Numbered from the stretch's first letter, positions 40,847 to 51,518 are shown. The stretch: 64,000 nucleotides of DNA from an uncultured Oscillospiraceae bacterium (GCA_964560435.1 CAZLLK010000005.1:5711-69710), one strand, 5' to 3'. The notes: generated from the sequence alone by a model not told the origin. Program-made: numbers and translations.

Positions 40847-42444
40847 ATGACAACTCTTCTGAAAAACGGAAAGATTTTTGACGGCACGGGCGGTGAGCCC
40901 TATTATGCTGATATCCTGGTTGAGGACGACCGCATAACGAAAATTGCGCCCGACATTAAGGCTGACACGGACAAGGTTTTGGGCTGCACCGGGCTTGCGG
41001 TTGCGCCCGGCTTTATCGACTGCCACTCGCATAACGACTGGTTCGCCGCAAGGCAGAACAACAGCCGCTTTTTCGCGCCGTTTTTGGAGCAAGGCATAAC
41101 CACACAGGTCACGGGAAACTGTGGCTTCTCCCCCTTCGGCTTTGACGCAGACACGGAGCACCGCGACCTTCTGGGAAGCGGACTTTTCTCCATCGGCGAT
41201 GCGCAGGGCGACACCAGCACTCTGCCCGCCTTTTCAAAAGCAATAAAAACCCTCCCGTTGAACATTGTCCCGCTCTATGGACACATGAGCGGCAGAATTG
41301 GAATTGCAGGCTACGATAGCCGAGCTCTCACTGAGGATGAGCTTAAGCACTTCGACGAAATCATCGAGCAAACCCTACGCGACGGTGCAGCGGGTATTTC
41401 CTTCGGTCTTATGTATGAGCCTGACCGCTATGCACCCTACGACGAGCTAAAGCGTGCCGCGAAAATCTGCGCAAAGCACGGAAAAATACTTACCATTCAT
41501 GGCAGAGCTTGCTCAGCCTCCTCCACCTCATATAGTCCGACTGTGGGCGGACGGGCGCCAATCTGCGCGCACTGGATGAAATGGTACAGCTTGCCAGCGA
41601 AACAGGCGTTAAGCTTCAGCACTCTCACCTGATTTTTGTCGGTAAAAAGAGCTGGAAAACCGTGGGCGAAGCCCTTGCAATTATCAAAATGCTGAACGTC
41701 GAGGGGCTTTCCTTTAAGTACGATTCCTATTCGCTGACCTATGGTGCCTCTGTTATCTCCGTTGTGCTTCCGGTGTGGTTTTTGGCACTTCCCAAGGAAA
41801 AGCAAAACCGCAAGCTGGCAAGGCTTCGTCTGGCTTTCGAGATTGGACTAACAAAAAAAGCTTTGGGCTTTGATTTCGGCGATATTGTCATCACATGGAT
41901 AGCAGAAGGCCATGAGGCTCTCATCGGCAAAACCGTGACGCAGATTGCCGACGAATGGGGCGTTTCCGAGCTTGACGCTTACATTAAGCTTGTGGAGCTA
42001 AGCGGCGGCAAGGGACGGGTTCTCATGCACAGGTATTTAACGAAGAATATTGTTCTACAACTTATGGCAGACGAAAACTGCCTTTTTATGACGGACGCAT
42101 GGGTTGAGGAAGAGTGCAAGCAGAATCCCGCCTGCTATATTTGTATGCCGTTGTTTTTGAAGCTTGCCCGTGAAAACGGGCTTGCCCTGAAGGACATGAT
42201 ACATCGAATGACGGGCATGGCCGCTGACCGTTATATGATACCCGAGCGTGGCTATCTCAAGGAAGGCAACTTTGCCGACATCACCGTTTTCGATAAAAAC
42301 ACCGTCAGTCCCGGCACTTCGGACGAGGGACGCCCGTTAGGTATTAGCTTTGTCATGGTAAACGGCGAGTTGGCCGTGGATAACGGCGCATATTCCGGCA
42401 AAAACGACGCAGGACGTTTGCTTTTGCAGAAAGAATCCGAATAG
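40847..42444 (+). pseudogene. N-acyl-D-amino-acid deacylase (D-aminoacylase) family amidohydrolase, frameshifted
   Basis: The N-terminal metal site is APGFIDCHSHNDW. The reading frame changes between 41536 and 41632: ORF 40847..41632 continues in ORF 41581..42444 (LDEMVQLASETGVKLQHSHLIF). Confidence 0.7.
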
Positions 42445-42512
42445 AATTTGGAAACTGTCTGCTCTCGGCATAAACGAATTCCCCAAACCGACACACAAAA
42501 GGAGATACAAAT

Positions 42513-43715
42513 ATGCATTGTGCAAAAAAACTTACCGAGGATATTTTTTGGATCGGCGCAAGCGACAGAAGGCTTGCAAACTTTGAAAACGCCTTCCCGA
42601 TACCCCGCGGCGTTTCCTATAACTCTTATTTTATTAACGACGAAAAAACCGTTTCGTTTGACACCGCGGACAAAGCCGTAAGCGATAGGTTTTTTGAAAA
42701 TCTTGAATTTGTTCTCGGGGGCAGAAAGCTGGATTATCACGTTGTTAATCACATGGAGCCTGACCATTGCGCGACCTTGGGCGAGCTTGTTTTGCGCTAT
42801 CCGGAAGTGAAGATTGTGGTTAATCCGAAAACGCTCCTAATGATTAAGCAGTTTTTCGACTTTGACATTGATGCGCACGTCGTAATTGTCAATGAGGGTG
42901 ACACTCTTTGCACAGGACGTCACACGCTGAGCTTTTTTATGGCGCCGATGGTTCATTGGCCTGAGGTCATGGTCACATACGACTCTTGTGAAAAGGTGCT
43001 TTTTTCTGCGGACGCATTCGGCACCTTTGGCGCAATCAGCGGTAACGTTTTTGCCGACGAGGTGGACTTTGAATCCGAATGGCTCCCCGACGCAAGACGC
43101 TATTATTCCAACATCGTCGGAAAATACGGCGTTCAGGTTCAGGCGCTTCTCGCCAAGGCTTCCGCCCTTGACATTAAGATGATTTGCCCGCTCCACGGGC
43201 CTGTTTGGAGAGGAAACCTCAGCTGGTATATTGAAAAATATCAAAAATGGGCCGCATGGGAGCCAGAGGAAAAGGGCGTAATCATCCCCTACGCTTCAAT
43301 TTACGGTAACACCGCCAACGCCGCCGAAATTCTCGCGTCACTGCTCGCGGATCGTGGTGTTCGGAATATTCAAATGTATGACGTTTCCTCAACGCACCCC
43401 TCTTATATCGTTTCGGACAGCTTCCGTTTCAGTCACATTGTCTTTGCGTCCTCAACCTACAACGGCGGGATTTTTTCTGCTATGGAAACGTTGCTCCTCG
43501 CATTAAAGGCGCACAATCTCCAGAACCGCACAGTCGCTTTTATCGAAAACGGCACATGGGCGGCACAGAGCGGAAAACTCATGCGTGAAATTGTTTGTGG
43601 CATGAAGAACATGACTGTCATCGACTACACCGTTTCGCTTAAGTCGTCCGTTAAGCCCAACCAGCTCTCCGAGCTTGAAGCACTTGCCGACGCAATTTGC
43701 GAAACATTGAAATAA
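42513..43715 (+). CDS. FprA-family flavodiiron protein
   Basis: Metallo-beta-lactamase-like domain with the diiron ligands HMEPDH, plus a C-terminal flavodoxin domain. 400 aa. Confidence 0.88.
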   Translation: MHCAKKLTEDIFWIGASDRRLANFENAFPIPRGVSYNSYFINDEKTVSFDTADKAVSDRFFENLEFVLGGRKLDYHVVNHMEPDHCATLGELVLRYPEVKIVVNPKTLLMIKQFFDFDIDAHVVIVNEGDTLCTGRHTLSFFMAPMVHWPEVMVTYDSCEKVLFSADAFGTFGAISGNVFADEVDFESEWLPDARRYYSNIVGKYGVQVQALLAKASALDIKMICPLHGPVWRGNLSWYIEKYQKWAAWEPEEKGVIIPYASIYGNTANAAEILASLLADRGVRNIQMYDVSSTHPSYIVSDSFRFSHIVFASSTYNGGIFSAMETLLLALKAHNLQNRTVAFIENGTWAAQSGKLMREIVCGMKNMTVIDYTVSLKSSVKPNQLSELEALADAICETLK

Positions 43716-43770
43716 GTACGTTTTTATCTAAATCAGCAGGAATATCAGAAGCCGCAATCAACGTGAATTT

Positions 43771-43802
43771 GGGGGCTGCCGCAAAGCTTTGCGGCAGCCC
43801 CC
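43771..43802. terminator. Bidirectional terminator (perfect 16 bp palindrome)
   Basis: GGGGGCTGCCGCAAAG / CTTTGCGGCAGCCCCC between convergent genes, flanked by AATTT and TTTAT. Confidence 0.85.
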
Positions 43803-43851
43803 TTTATCTTGCCTTAGAGATTATTTTGTTTAGAGCGGTGCTTTTCTTTTG

Positions 43852-44283
43852 TTAATCGCACCAGCAGCATTGGCCTTTAATAAGGCAGCTAAGAAGCACC
43901 GCGAGCTCCACAACCATTAGCGTTGCAAAGAACGCTCCGAGCGCAAATAGAATTATAATGGGAATCGAAGTTATAATCAGGTCAATCGAAAGTGCAGCCA
44001 GCGTCAGAATAATCGTAGCAATAATTGCTACCAGCAGAATAGTGCCGTTGCAGCACAGGCATCTTCCCAAAAGTGTGCGCCTGAAAACCGAGGCGCCGAA
44101 GAGTCCTACTACAAGGAAGATTAAATTGAGCACAGCAAAGCCGAACACAATCCAAACCGCCGTAACAACATTTGGAATGAAGTCGAACGCAAACAAAAGC
44201 GCAACAACAGTAGCCACCACAACGCTGATTAGTACTACGATGCAAATATTACAAGGATTTCCGCATGATCTTTCGCAATCCAT
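43852..44283 (-). CDS. Small Cys-rich polytopic membrane protein
   Basis: 143 aa with four hydrophobic helices. Cys clusters sit at both ends (MDCERSCGNPCNIC... and ...CLIKGQCCWCD) and in a loop (GRCLCCNG). Confidence 0.45.
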   Translation of the reverse strand: MDCERSCGNPCNICIVVLISVVVATVVALLFAFDFIPNVVTAVWIVFGFAVLNLIFLVVGLFGASVFRRTLLGRCLCCNGTILLVAIIATIILTLAALSIDLIITSIPIIILFALGAFFATLMVVELAVLLSCLIKGQCCWCD

Positions 44284-44492
44284 TGTATCCCTCCTTTCGT
44301 TAGGAAAATGGGGGTTTTCCTAAAACTCAAATTTTGATTTCATCAGTAGGATTTTCTTTCGTACTTTTTCTCGAAACGTAATTCATATATTCTCTTTTCA
44401 AAGAATACTTTTCATCGCGTTTTGAGCGGGCACAAAGCCACGCCTCAATACATCTTATGTGAGCCGTGGCTTAAAGTTCGTATGAAAATGGC

Positions 44493-44524
44493 ACAAAAAA
44501 AGCTCCCTCACATATAATGAGGGA
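44493..44524 (-). terminator. Rho-independent terminator of the yyaL-type gene
   Basis: On the minus strand: TCCCTCA-TTATATG-TGAGGGA followed by GCTTTTTTTG. Confidence 0.75.
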
Positions 44525-44625
44525 TTAAGCTCTTTTCGCTTACTTTTTGTAATAAAGATCTATTTTTATCAACACAATAAGTTTCCGGCAAGGAATTTTC
44601 CAATTTTTGTGTAGTCCCCATGCTG

Positions 44626-46671
44626 TCAGAAAAGTTTGGACAGCTCTTCGTTCAGCTTTTCTAGCTTGTCCACAGGTTTCAGGCAGATACTTCCTTTGCA
44701 AAGATAATACATCGCTCCGCTTTCGGGAATTCGGTACTCTGCGGTAAACGGAGCTATGGTGGAGAGCTTTTCTTCGTTTTTGGGAGTTTTCAGCAAAACC
44801 GAAAAATTATCTGCGGTCTTTTTTGAAATCAGCTCCGTGAGTTCTGCTGGCACTTCGTTTTCCGAAGTTACACAGACGAGTTCCGCAGAGGAGTATTCCG
44901 CCTCCATGAGTGCAAGCAAGGAAAGGCTGTGCGAAGACGGCTGCGCGGCGATCACTTTGGAGACAAAGTCAAGCTGTTTTTCGGCGGCTTCGCCGAACTT
45001 TTCGTCCGCCGTCAATTTCGAAAGCTTATTAAGGAACAGCGCCGCCGCAGAATTTCCTGATGGCATCGCGCCGTCATAAATAGGTTTGGGTCTTGTGATG
45101 AGCTGCTCCGCATCTTTAGAATACATGAAATACCCACCGTTTTTCTCGTCAAAAAACAGTTCGTTCATCACATTGGCGATTCGTGCCGCCATTGAGAGAT
45201 ACGAAACATCAAATGTTGCACCGTAAAGCTCCAGAAGTGCAAGCCCAAAAAACGCATAGTCGTCAAGCTGGCCTTCATTTGCAGCCTCATTATCCTTCCA
45301 ACGTAATTTTAGGTGTCCGTTTTCTCTCATTAGTTTACCGCATATGAATTCACCGGTCTTTATTGCCGCATCAAGATATTTTTCGCACCTAAATATCCTG
45401 CCCGCTCTTGCCAATGCTATTATCATAAGCGAGTTCCACGAGGTCAGAACCTTGTCGTCCTTATTGAGTTTTGTTCTGTGAAAGCGGTGTTCATATAGTT
45501 TTTGAGAAGACTCCGTTATTTTAGGGTCTTCCTCTTCATATGCTTCACATTTTATAAGATTGGGAACACTTTTGCCCTCGAAGTTGCCGCTCTCGGAAAT
45601 ATCAAAACGTCGGCAAAACACTTCCCCGTCCGTTTCACCCAAAACATTCTTAATGTCTGACTGGGTAAAAGCGTAGTATTTTCCCTCCACGCCCTCGCTG
45701 TCAGCATCCTGCCCGCACAAAAAGCCGCCCAGCGTGTCTGTCAACTCCGACAAAACGTAGTTAATCGTTTTTTCGGCAACGCTTTGATAAAAAGCCCGTC
45801 CCGTCAGTTCAAACGCCTTAGAATATGCCCACACGAGCAGCGCATTGTCATATAACATTTTTTCAAAATGCGGTATGAGCCATTTTTCGTCAGTGGAATA
45901 GCGCGAAAAACCGCCGCCGATGTGGTCAAAAATTCCTCCGCGGTACATATGCTCCAGTGTGCACTCCGCAATGTTCAAGGCCGACTCGTCATGTTCAAGT
46001 GCCGAAAAGCGAAGCAGGAAAATAAGATTGTGCGGAATCGGGAACTTCGGCGACGAACCGAAACCTCCCCATTTTTCGTCAAAGCTACGCGCAAAGCTCG
46101 TTTTTGCAGCTAAAACGAGCTCCTTTGCAGGCTTTCTAGAACCATAAGAAGCATTTTCCGCATTCTGCATATAGCTTGTTATTTGTTCGCCGCTGTCAAG
46201 CAGAGCCTTGCGATTTGTTTGCCATCGCTGCGAAATCGCGGATAGCAAATCAAGAAGTCCCGTCATGCCGTATCGCGAGTTTTTCGGCAGATACGTCCCC
46301 GCAAAAAACGGTTTTTTGTCCGGCGTCATAATAATGGTCATCGGCCAGCCGCCCGAGCCCGTCAACGCCTGACATACGTCCATATAAACCGCGTCCACGT
46401 CGGGGCGTTCCTCTCTGTCCACCTTCACTGCGATGAAACTGCCGTTCAGCATTTCGGCAACCTCATCGTCCTCAAACGATTCGTGCGCCATCACATGGCA
46501 CCAATGACAACAGCTGTATCCAATGCTGAGGAAAACGGGCTTGTCCTCCGCTTTGGCCTTGGAAAAGGCCTCTTCTCCCCACGGGAACCAGTCCACGGGG
46601 TTATGAGCGTGAGAAAAAAGATATGGCGATTTCTCGGTTATTAAGTGGTTGGGCGCTTTACTGTTAGTTAT
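44626..46671 (-). CDS. yyaL: Thioredoxin-domain protein of the YyaL/DUF255 type (thioredoxin fold plus six-hairpin glycosidase-like domain)
   Basis: [45 protein letters not shown] followed by about 600 aa. The ORF track starts at GTG 46596. The conserved N-terminus ([19 protein letters not shown]) is in frame upstream, back to an ATA at 46671 that sits 9 nt after AAGGAAG. Confidence 0.85.
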   Translation of the reverse strand: MTNSKAPNHLITEKSPYLFSHAHNPVDWFPWGEEAFSKAKAEDKPVFLSIGYSCCHWCHVMAHESFEDDEVAEMLNGSFIAVKVDREERPDVDAVYMDVCQALTGSGGWPMTIIMTPDKKPFFAGTYLPKNSRYGMTGLLDLLSAISQRWQTNRKALLDSGEQITSYMQNAENASYGSRKPAKELVLAAKTSFARSFDEKWGGFGSSPKFPIPHNLIFLLRFSALEHDESALNIAECTLEHMYRGGIFDHIGGGFSRYSTDEKWLIPHFEKMLYDNALLVWAYSKAFELTGRAFYQSVAEKTINYVLSELTDTLGGFLCGQDADSEGVEGKYYAFTQSDIKNVLGETDGEVFCRRFDISESGNFEGKSVPNLIKCEAYEEEDPKITESSQKLYEHRFHRTKLNKDDKVLTSWNSLMIIALARAGRIFRCEKYLDAAIKTGEFICGKLMRENGHLKLRWKDNEAANEGQLDDYAFFGLALLELYGATFDVSYLSMAARIANVMNELFFDEKNGGYFMYSKDAEQLITRPKPIYDGAMPSGNSAAALFLNKLSKLTADEKFGEAAEKQLDFVSKVIAAQPSSHSLSLLALMEAEYSSAELVCVTSENEVPAELTELISKKTADNFSVLLKTPKNEEKLSTIAPFTAEYRIPESGAMYYLCKGSICLKPVDKLEKLNEELSKLF

Positions 46672-46687
46672 TAATCATCGCTTCCTT
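46501..46687 (-). repeat. 5' module copy 0 (part of the intact gene): RBS plus first ~52 codons up to CCHW
   Basis: Reference copy of the reiterated module. The junction codons CAT TGG are the reverse complement of CCAATG at 46501..46506. Confidence 0.95.
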
Positions 46688-46910
46688 TACTATAAACTTT
46701 TACTCTCAATTTAATATACCCCAAATAAAAAAAGATACTAATATCAAATTTGCAATATAGTCTTATTAGCGGAATATAGTTTTGTTTGCACACAAAACTA
46801 TATTTATCGCCTTTAGACTGAATTAATTCACACAATTTGGTATTTATGTTATAATTATGTGATACTTAATATGTTTTGTGTTATATGTCAAATTATTGGG
46901 GGTACTTATT

Positions 46911-47471
46911 ATGAGAAAAATATGGTTTGCTTTGTTTTTTGTAATTATGGTTACTTGTATTGGATTTATTATATACTTAAGCCCATATACCATTAGCAAT
47001 AATGAAACACAATTAGAGGATATTATACTGAGGTTTATTAACAGACCCACTGCAATTGCTTATAATATTGATATTAAACAAGAACTAAACCTTGATAACA
47101 AAAAGCATGTCTTGTATACAATAGATAATGAAATGGGTGAAGCAGAATTAACTAGAGGTATTAACAATAAATACAAAATGGAATTTGTAAGCTATGGAAG
47201 TTCCCTATTTAAATGTGACGTAAGAAAAACAAACAAGGGTAAATATATTTTCCTACAAGGCAAAAACGTTGATAACGAAATTGCGTATGTCAATGTACAA
47301 TCGGGTTCCGATGAATATAGAATCGATATTCCTCAACAGGAGTTCTTTGTGGTTAGTTGCCCAGTTCCAATTGATACTCAACTCGGATTTGTCGCTGCTA
47401 ACACTATAAAATTCTTCAATAATAACGATGCTAATATTACTAATGAGATGCTAGAAATTATACTTAAATAG
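46911..47471 (+). CDS. Hypothetical N-terminally anchored protein (cassette 1 cargo)
   Basis: 186 aa from ATG 46911. It has one N-terminal TM helix (IWFALFFVIMVTCIGFIIYL). AT-rich. I recognise no family. Confidence 0.5.
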   Translation: MRKIWFALFFVIMVTCIGFIIYLSPYTISNNETQLEDIILRFINRPTAIAYNIDIKQELNLDNKKHVLYTIDNEMGEAELTRGINNKYKMEFVSYGSSLFKCDVRKTNKGKYIFLQGKNVDNEIAYVNVQSGSDEYRIDIPQQEFFVVSCPVPIDTQLGFVAANTIKFFNNNDANITNEMLEIILK

Positions 47472-47535
47472 CTCTTAATGCCCTTACGGAACGAAGTAAT
47501 TTAATTTCCTCAAAAAGCTTGAAATTTAGTTGTTT

Positions 47536-47748
47536 CATTGGTTCAAGTAGCGGAATTGACGCCAATGGCAACAGCTGTATCCGATGCTGAGGAATACAGG
47601 CTTGTCCTCCGCTTTCGCTTTCTCAAACGCCTCATCGCCCCATGGATACCAGTTCACGGGGTTATGGGCATGGGAAAGCAGATAGGGGGATTTTTCACAA
47701 ATTAATCTGTTTGGCACATTACTGTTAGTTATAGGGCATCACCTCCTT
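47536..47748 (-). repeat. 5' module copy 1 plus tail motif
   Basis: Encodes [51 protein letters not shown], then diverges into the tail (RQFRYLNQ stop). RBS AAGGAGG is at 47742..47748. Confidence 0.95.
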
Positions 47749-47982
47749 ATTTGTTTCATAATTCGATATTTAATTCCCGAATTAATATTTACAAATTGAG
47801 CGGATAAATACTCAACTGCTAATAACATAAGTCATTCCAATAATGGACTTTTAAATTATTCTTGAAATTGGGTGTTCTAGATAATACTATGAGCACGAAA
47901 TCTATGATAGATTTCAATACTATTAACTAAAGTATTATTCGAACCTGAATCAGCAAGAAAAAATATATATAAAGAGGTTGAA

Positions 47983-48453
47983 ATGAAAAGGAAAATACTA
48001 TGGTCGTTATTTGTGTTATACTGCATTATTGCCGTGTATTTCTTGTTCTTATGGAATCGAGTACCTTATGTAGGCACTCGTACTGATTATATAAAGTCAT
48101 ACATGAACCTTATTCCATTTAAAACAATTTCGAATTCTTTCTTGCTGGCTATACAAGAGTCCAAATTTTTAAAAAATGGTCGCTTCGGCGGATTAATATG
48201 TATTATTAATCTCGTAGGGAATATTATAGTCGCTGTTCCTCTTGGTATCCTCTTGCCAAGTCTTTTCAATAGGTTTAATACTTTCACATCATTCATTCAA
48301 ATTACTTTAGCAATAGTCTTAATTGTTGAATTATTACAATTATTTTTCATGGTTGGAAGCTGCGATATTGATGATTTAATTTTGAATGTAATCGGTGCAT
48401 TGATGGGGTTTGGTATCTTTAAAACAAAATGCTTCCGAGAATTGCGTAATTAA
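47983..48453 (+). CDS. VanZ family protein (cassette 2 cargo)
   Basis: 156 aa with four TM helices and VanZ-like motifs (NLIPF, NLVGNIIVAVPLGILLP, CDIDDLILNVIGALMGF). Confidence 0.75.
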   Translation: MKRKILWSLFVLYCIIAVYFLFLWNRVPYVGTRTDYIKSYMNLIPFKTISNSFLLAIQESKFLKNGRFGGLICIINLVGNIIVAVPLGILLPSLFNRFNTFTSFIQITLAIVLIVELLQLFFMVGSCDIDDLILNVIGALMGFGIFKTKCFRELRN

Positions 48454-48534
48454 AACAGAAATATATTAATATAGTTAGAGGTTATGAATTTCCCAGGAAC
48501 AATCTATCAATTTCAATTGCGCATTGATAAGCAC

Positions 48535-48751
48535 CATTTGAGCAAGTAATCAGAGCGACACCAGTGACAGCAGCTGAAGGCGAAGTTGAGGAATATAGGC
48601 TTGTCCTCCGCTTTAGCCTCAGAAAACGCTTCCTCGTCCCATGGATACCAGTACACGGGGTTATAAGCATGTTGTAATAAATAAGTAGACTTTTCATTTA
48701 TCAAAGCATTGGGTATTTTCTTGATTGATGTCATAGTATAACCCCCTTTCG
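48535..48751 (-). repeat. 5' module copy 2 plus tail motif (most divergent copy)
   Basis: Encodes [58 protein letters not shown], then the tail CRSDYLL. Confidence 0.95.
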
Positions 48752-48899
48752 TTTCTTTGATATTGCACATATTACAGTTGCCCGCTATGTTATAAATTAT
48801 ACCTTGACTTGAAGCCATATAGCATTGACTTTGTCGTGACATTTTCCCCCTTACATGCTATGCTAGTATGAAAAGCTAGAAAGAAGGTTATGTGATTTC

Positions 48900-49763
48900 A
48901 TGAAAGATATTAGAATTGTAATCGTTGATGACTCGGCTTTCTCAATTTCATTTATTAGAAACATTCTCGGTAATAATGGGTTTGATGTTGTTGGTGATGC
49001 CGGCTCACTGGAAGAAGTGAAAGCAGTTGTTAAAGACAAGAAACCTACTTTGGTAACGATGGATATGACCTTGCCCGGGACAGACGGACTTGAGTGTACT
49101 CGTGCTATACATGAAATTGATGAAAATATCAAAGTAATCGTTATCAGCTCTATGATGGATGAAGAAATTGTAAACGAGGCAAAGAAAAACAAAGTATCAG
49201 CCTACATTCAAAAGCCCGTTGACGCTGATGAGCTTCTCACGGCAATTAATAGGGTTATGGCTTCTGATGAACTGTATCAGTTTCTGGAAGATGAATACTT
49301 TGCGGTATTTAAAGAAGCTCTTATGGATGGAATGAATAAAATGACCAAAACCCTCCTAACATACACGGATGAATATTCTTCTGCCGAAAAACATGAATCA
49401 GCAGGTATGACAATTATTATCGGAATTAGCGGCAAGTTTTCAGGCCGGATGCTCATTGATTTATCAAATGAAACCGCTACAAACATAGCAACCGCAATAT
49501 TCAGGAGCGAACCGAAAAACAGCGATGAAATGATGGCTGCACTTGGAGAATTCGCAAATATCATAGCCGGAAATGCATGTTCTATTCTGAATAGAAAGAA
49601 CAAGGCTTTAGGACTTCGTTTAGCTCCGCCTTCTATCCTATCCGGTGATAGTGTTCTCATATCGGCTCCTACGTTCGAAACAACCACCGCAAAAGCCGAA
49701 ACAAATTTTGGTGAACTGTTCCTGAATGTAGGTTTCAAAAAGGGGGCAGAAGAGTGGATTTAA
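48900..49763 (+). CDS. CheY-like receiver fused to CheX/CheC-like phosphatase domain (cassette 3 cargo)
   Basis: REC domain (IVIVDDS, LVTMDMTLPGTDG, YIQKP) plus a C-terminal segment carrying GEFANIIAGNA. Confidence 0.75.
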   Translation: MKDIRIVIVDDSAFSISFIRNILGNNGFDVVGDAGSLEEVKAVVKDKKPTLVTMDMTLPGTDGLECTRAIHEIDENIKVIVISSMMDEEIVNEAKKNKVSAYIQKPVDADELLTAINRVMASDELYQFLEDEYFAVFKEALMDGMNKMTKTLLTYTDEYSSAEKHESAGMTIIIGISGKFSGRMLIDLSNETATNIATAIFRSEPKNSDEMMAALGEFANIIAGNACSILNRKNKALGLRLAPPSILSGDSVLISAPTFETTTAKAETNFGELFLNVGFKKGAEEWI

Positions 49764-50215
49764 AATATATAAACCCCTTTATTCAATCCTTCACCTCAGT
49801 AATGCCCGAGTTGGGATTTGGCGATGTGAAAATGGGCACTCAGAATGGCAAAGGTAAAGAAATAACAGGTTCGGGGGTCTTTGTTATATTGGGCATCGTT
49901 GGAGCTATCAGGGGCAATGTCGTTTACATAATAAATATAGAGTCTGCTAAGCAAATAGCATCGACCATGATGATGGGCGCTCAGGTAGATGAATTTGACG
50001 ATATGGCCAGCAGCGCAATATCGGAATTAACGAATATGCTAACCGCTAATGCAGCAACCGCTTTCTCTAACGGTGGGATTTTAATCGATATTTCAACTCC
50101 GACAATGCTTCAAGGAGAAAATATATCTATTAATATGAGTTCCGATCAGGTTCTTTGCTTCCAACTCTTAGCTGATGACATTCCGATTGAAATCAATATA
50201 TCATTTGAAACCTGA
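49754..50215 (+). CDS. CheX-like chemotaxis phosphatase (cassette 3 cargo)
   Basis: 153 aa with INPFIQSFTSVM and ISELTNMLTANA. The GTG start overlaps the upstream gene. Confidence 0.7.
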   Translation: MDLKYINPFIQSFTSVMPELGFGDVKMGTQNGKGKEITGSGVFVILGIVGAIRGNVVYIINIESAKQIASTMMMGAQVDEFDDMASSAISELTNMLTANAATAFSNGGILIDISTPTMLQGENISINMSSDQVLCFQLLADDIPIEINISFET

Positions 50216-50323
50216 AGTGGTTTTTTAGGTCATTACCTTAGCCTTCCAATAAAATCTCTTGCATATCTCAACTATTGCAAAGGGTGTCCATTTTGACACC
50301 CTTTGCAATTTTATCTAATTTCG

Positions 50324-50536
50324 ATTTGGTTCAAGTAATCAAATTGCCACCAATGACAGCAGCTATATCCGATGCTGAGGAAAACGGGCTTGTCCTCGGC
50401 TTTGGCTTTTTCAAACGCTTCGTCGCCCCACAGGAACCAGTCCACGGGGTTAAACATGTGTTCACAAGATAAGGCGATTTTTCATTAATTAAACTGTTTG
50501 GATCTAATTCACTCATCACTAAATAATCACATCCTA
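50324..50536 (-). repeat. 5' module copy 3 plus tail motif (frameshifted)
   Basis: [17 protein letters not shown], then a 1 nt frame change, after which [37 protein letters not shown] is read in another frame. The tail is WQFDYLNQ. Confidence 0.95.
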
Positions 50537-50642
50537 ACTTGTCATTCTCAAACTATCTATCCAGAATCCCCTATATGTTGACTTTTATAACAACTTATAG
50601 GATAATTTATCCAATAGTAGCTGTTTTATCCCGGAGGTTAAT

Positions 50643-51518
50643 ATGAAAGTATTGGTATTAGGCGGTACCCGTTTTTTTGGAACACATATGGTCCATTCAT
50701 TATTGGATAAAGGGCACAGTGTTACTATTGCCACGAGAGGAAACGCAAAGGATAATTTTGGGCAAAAAGTTGAGAGAATCACCATTGAACGTACCAACGC
50801 TGATAGCTTAACAAAAGTATTATGTAACCAGTATTTTGATGTGGTTTGTGATAACCTTGCGTACTGCTCAAATGATGTAAAAGTTCTATTGGATTGCTTA
50901 AAGTGCGAAAGATATGTGATGACTTCTTCGGCATCTGTCTATATTAGTCAACATCTTCATACGAAAGAAAACGAGTTCAATCCACTATCTCATACTCTAA
51001 AGTGGTGCTCTCGACAGGATTATTCTTATGATGAAATAAAACGTCAGGCAGAATGTGCATTATTTCAGACATATTCTGGCTTGCCAGCAGTTGCTGTTCG
51101 TTTTCCTTACGTTATCGGACAAGATGATTATACCCAGAGATTGTTTTTTTATGTTGAGCAAACTATTAAACGAAATCCTATGTATGTTGATAATCTGAAT
51201 GAACAAATTAGCTTTATTGAATCAACTGAGGTGGGAAATTTTCTTTCATGGGTTGCAGAGCAGAAATTTACTGGAACTATAAACGGAAATAATATTGGTA
51301 CTATTTCCTTGAAAGAAATAATTTACTATGTAGAACAAAAAACTGGAAAAAAAGCAGTATTCTCGGCTGAAGGATTAACCGGGCCATATAACGGGCAAAA
51401 GTCATTTAGCCTTGATACTGAACGCGCTAATAGTTTGGGATATACTTTTTCTGAATTAAACGGGTGGATTTATGAATTGATAGATAGCTATATTAAGAAA
51501 GTGAATTTATATCTTTAA
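50643..51518 (+). CDS. NAD-dependent epimerase/dehydratase family protein (cassette 4 cargo)
   Basis: 291 aa with the Rossmann motif VLVLGGTRFFGTHMV. Confidence 0.75.
   Translation: MKVLVLGGTRFFGTHMVHSLLDKGHSVTIATRGNAKDNFGQKVERITIERTNADSLTKVLCNQYFDVVCDNLAYCSNDVKVLLDCLKCERYVMTSSASVYISQHLHTKENEFNPLSHTLKWCSRQDYSYDEIKRQAECALFQTYSGLPAVAVRFPYVIGQDDYTQRLFFYVEQTIKRNPMYVDNLNEQISFIESTEVGNFLSWVAEQKFTGTINGNNIGTISLKEIIYYVEQKTGKKAVFSAEGLTGPYNGQKSFSLDTERANSLGYTFSELNGWIYELIDSYIKKVNLYL

Noticed and set aside
41536-41632. Programmed ribosomal frameshift in the D-aminoacylase-family gene
   Set aside because: The overlap has no slippery heptamer and no downstream structure. A simple indel in a G/C run is more likely.
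46676-46678. Programmed +1 frameshift from the 4-codon ATG mini-ORF into the yyaL-type frame
   Set aside because: The ATG is only 3 nt from the SD. The AAC TAA C context offers no re-pairing for a +1 slip. The aligned codon in copy 5 is a normal ATG where c0 and c1 have ATA. An ATA or GTG start, or a start-codon mutation, explains this more simply.
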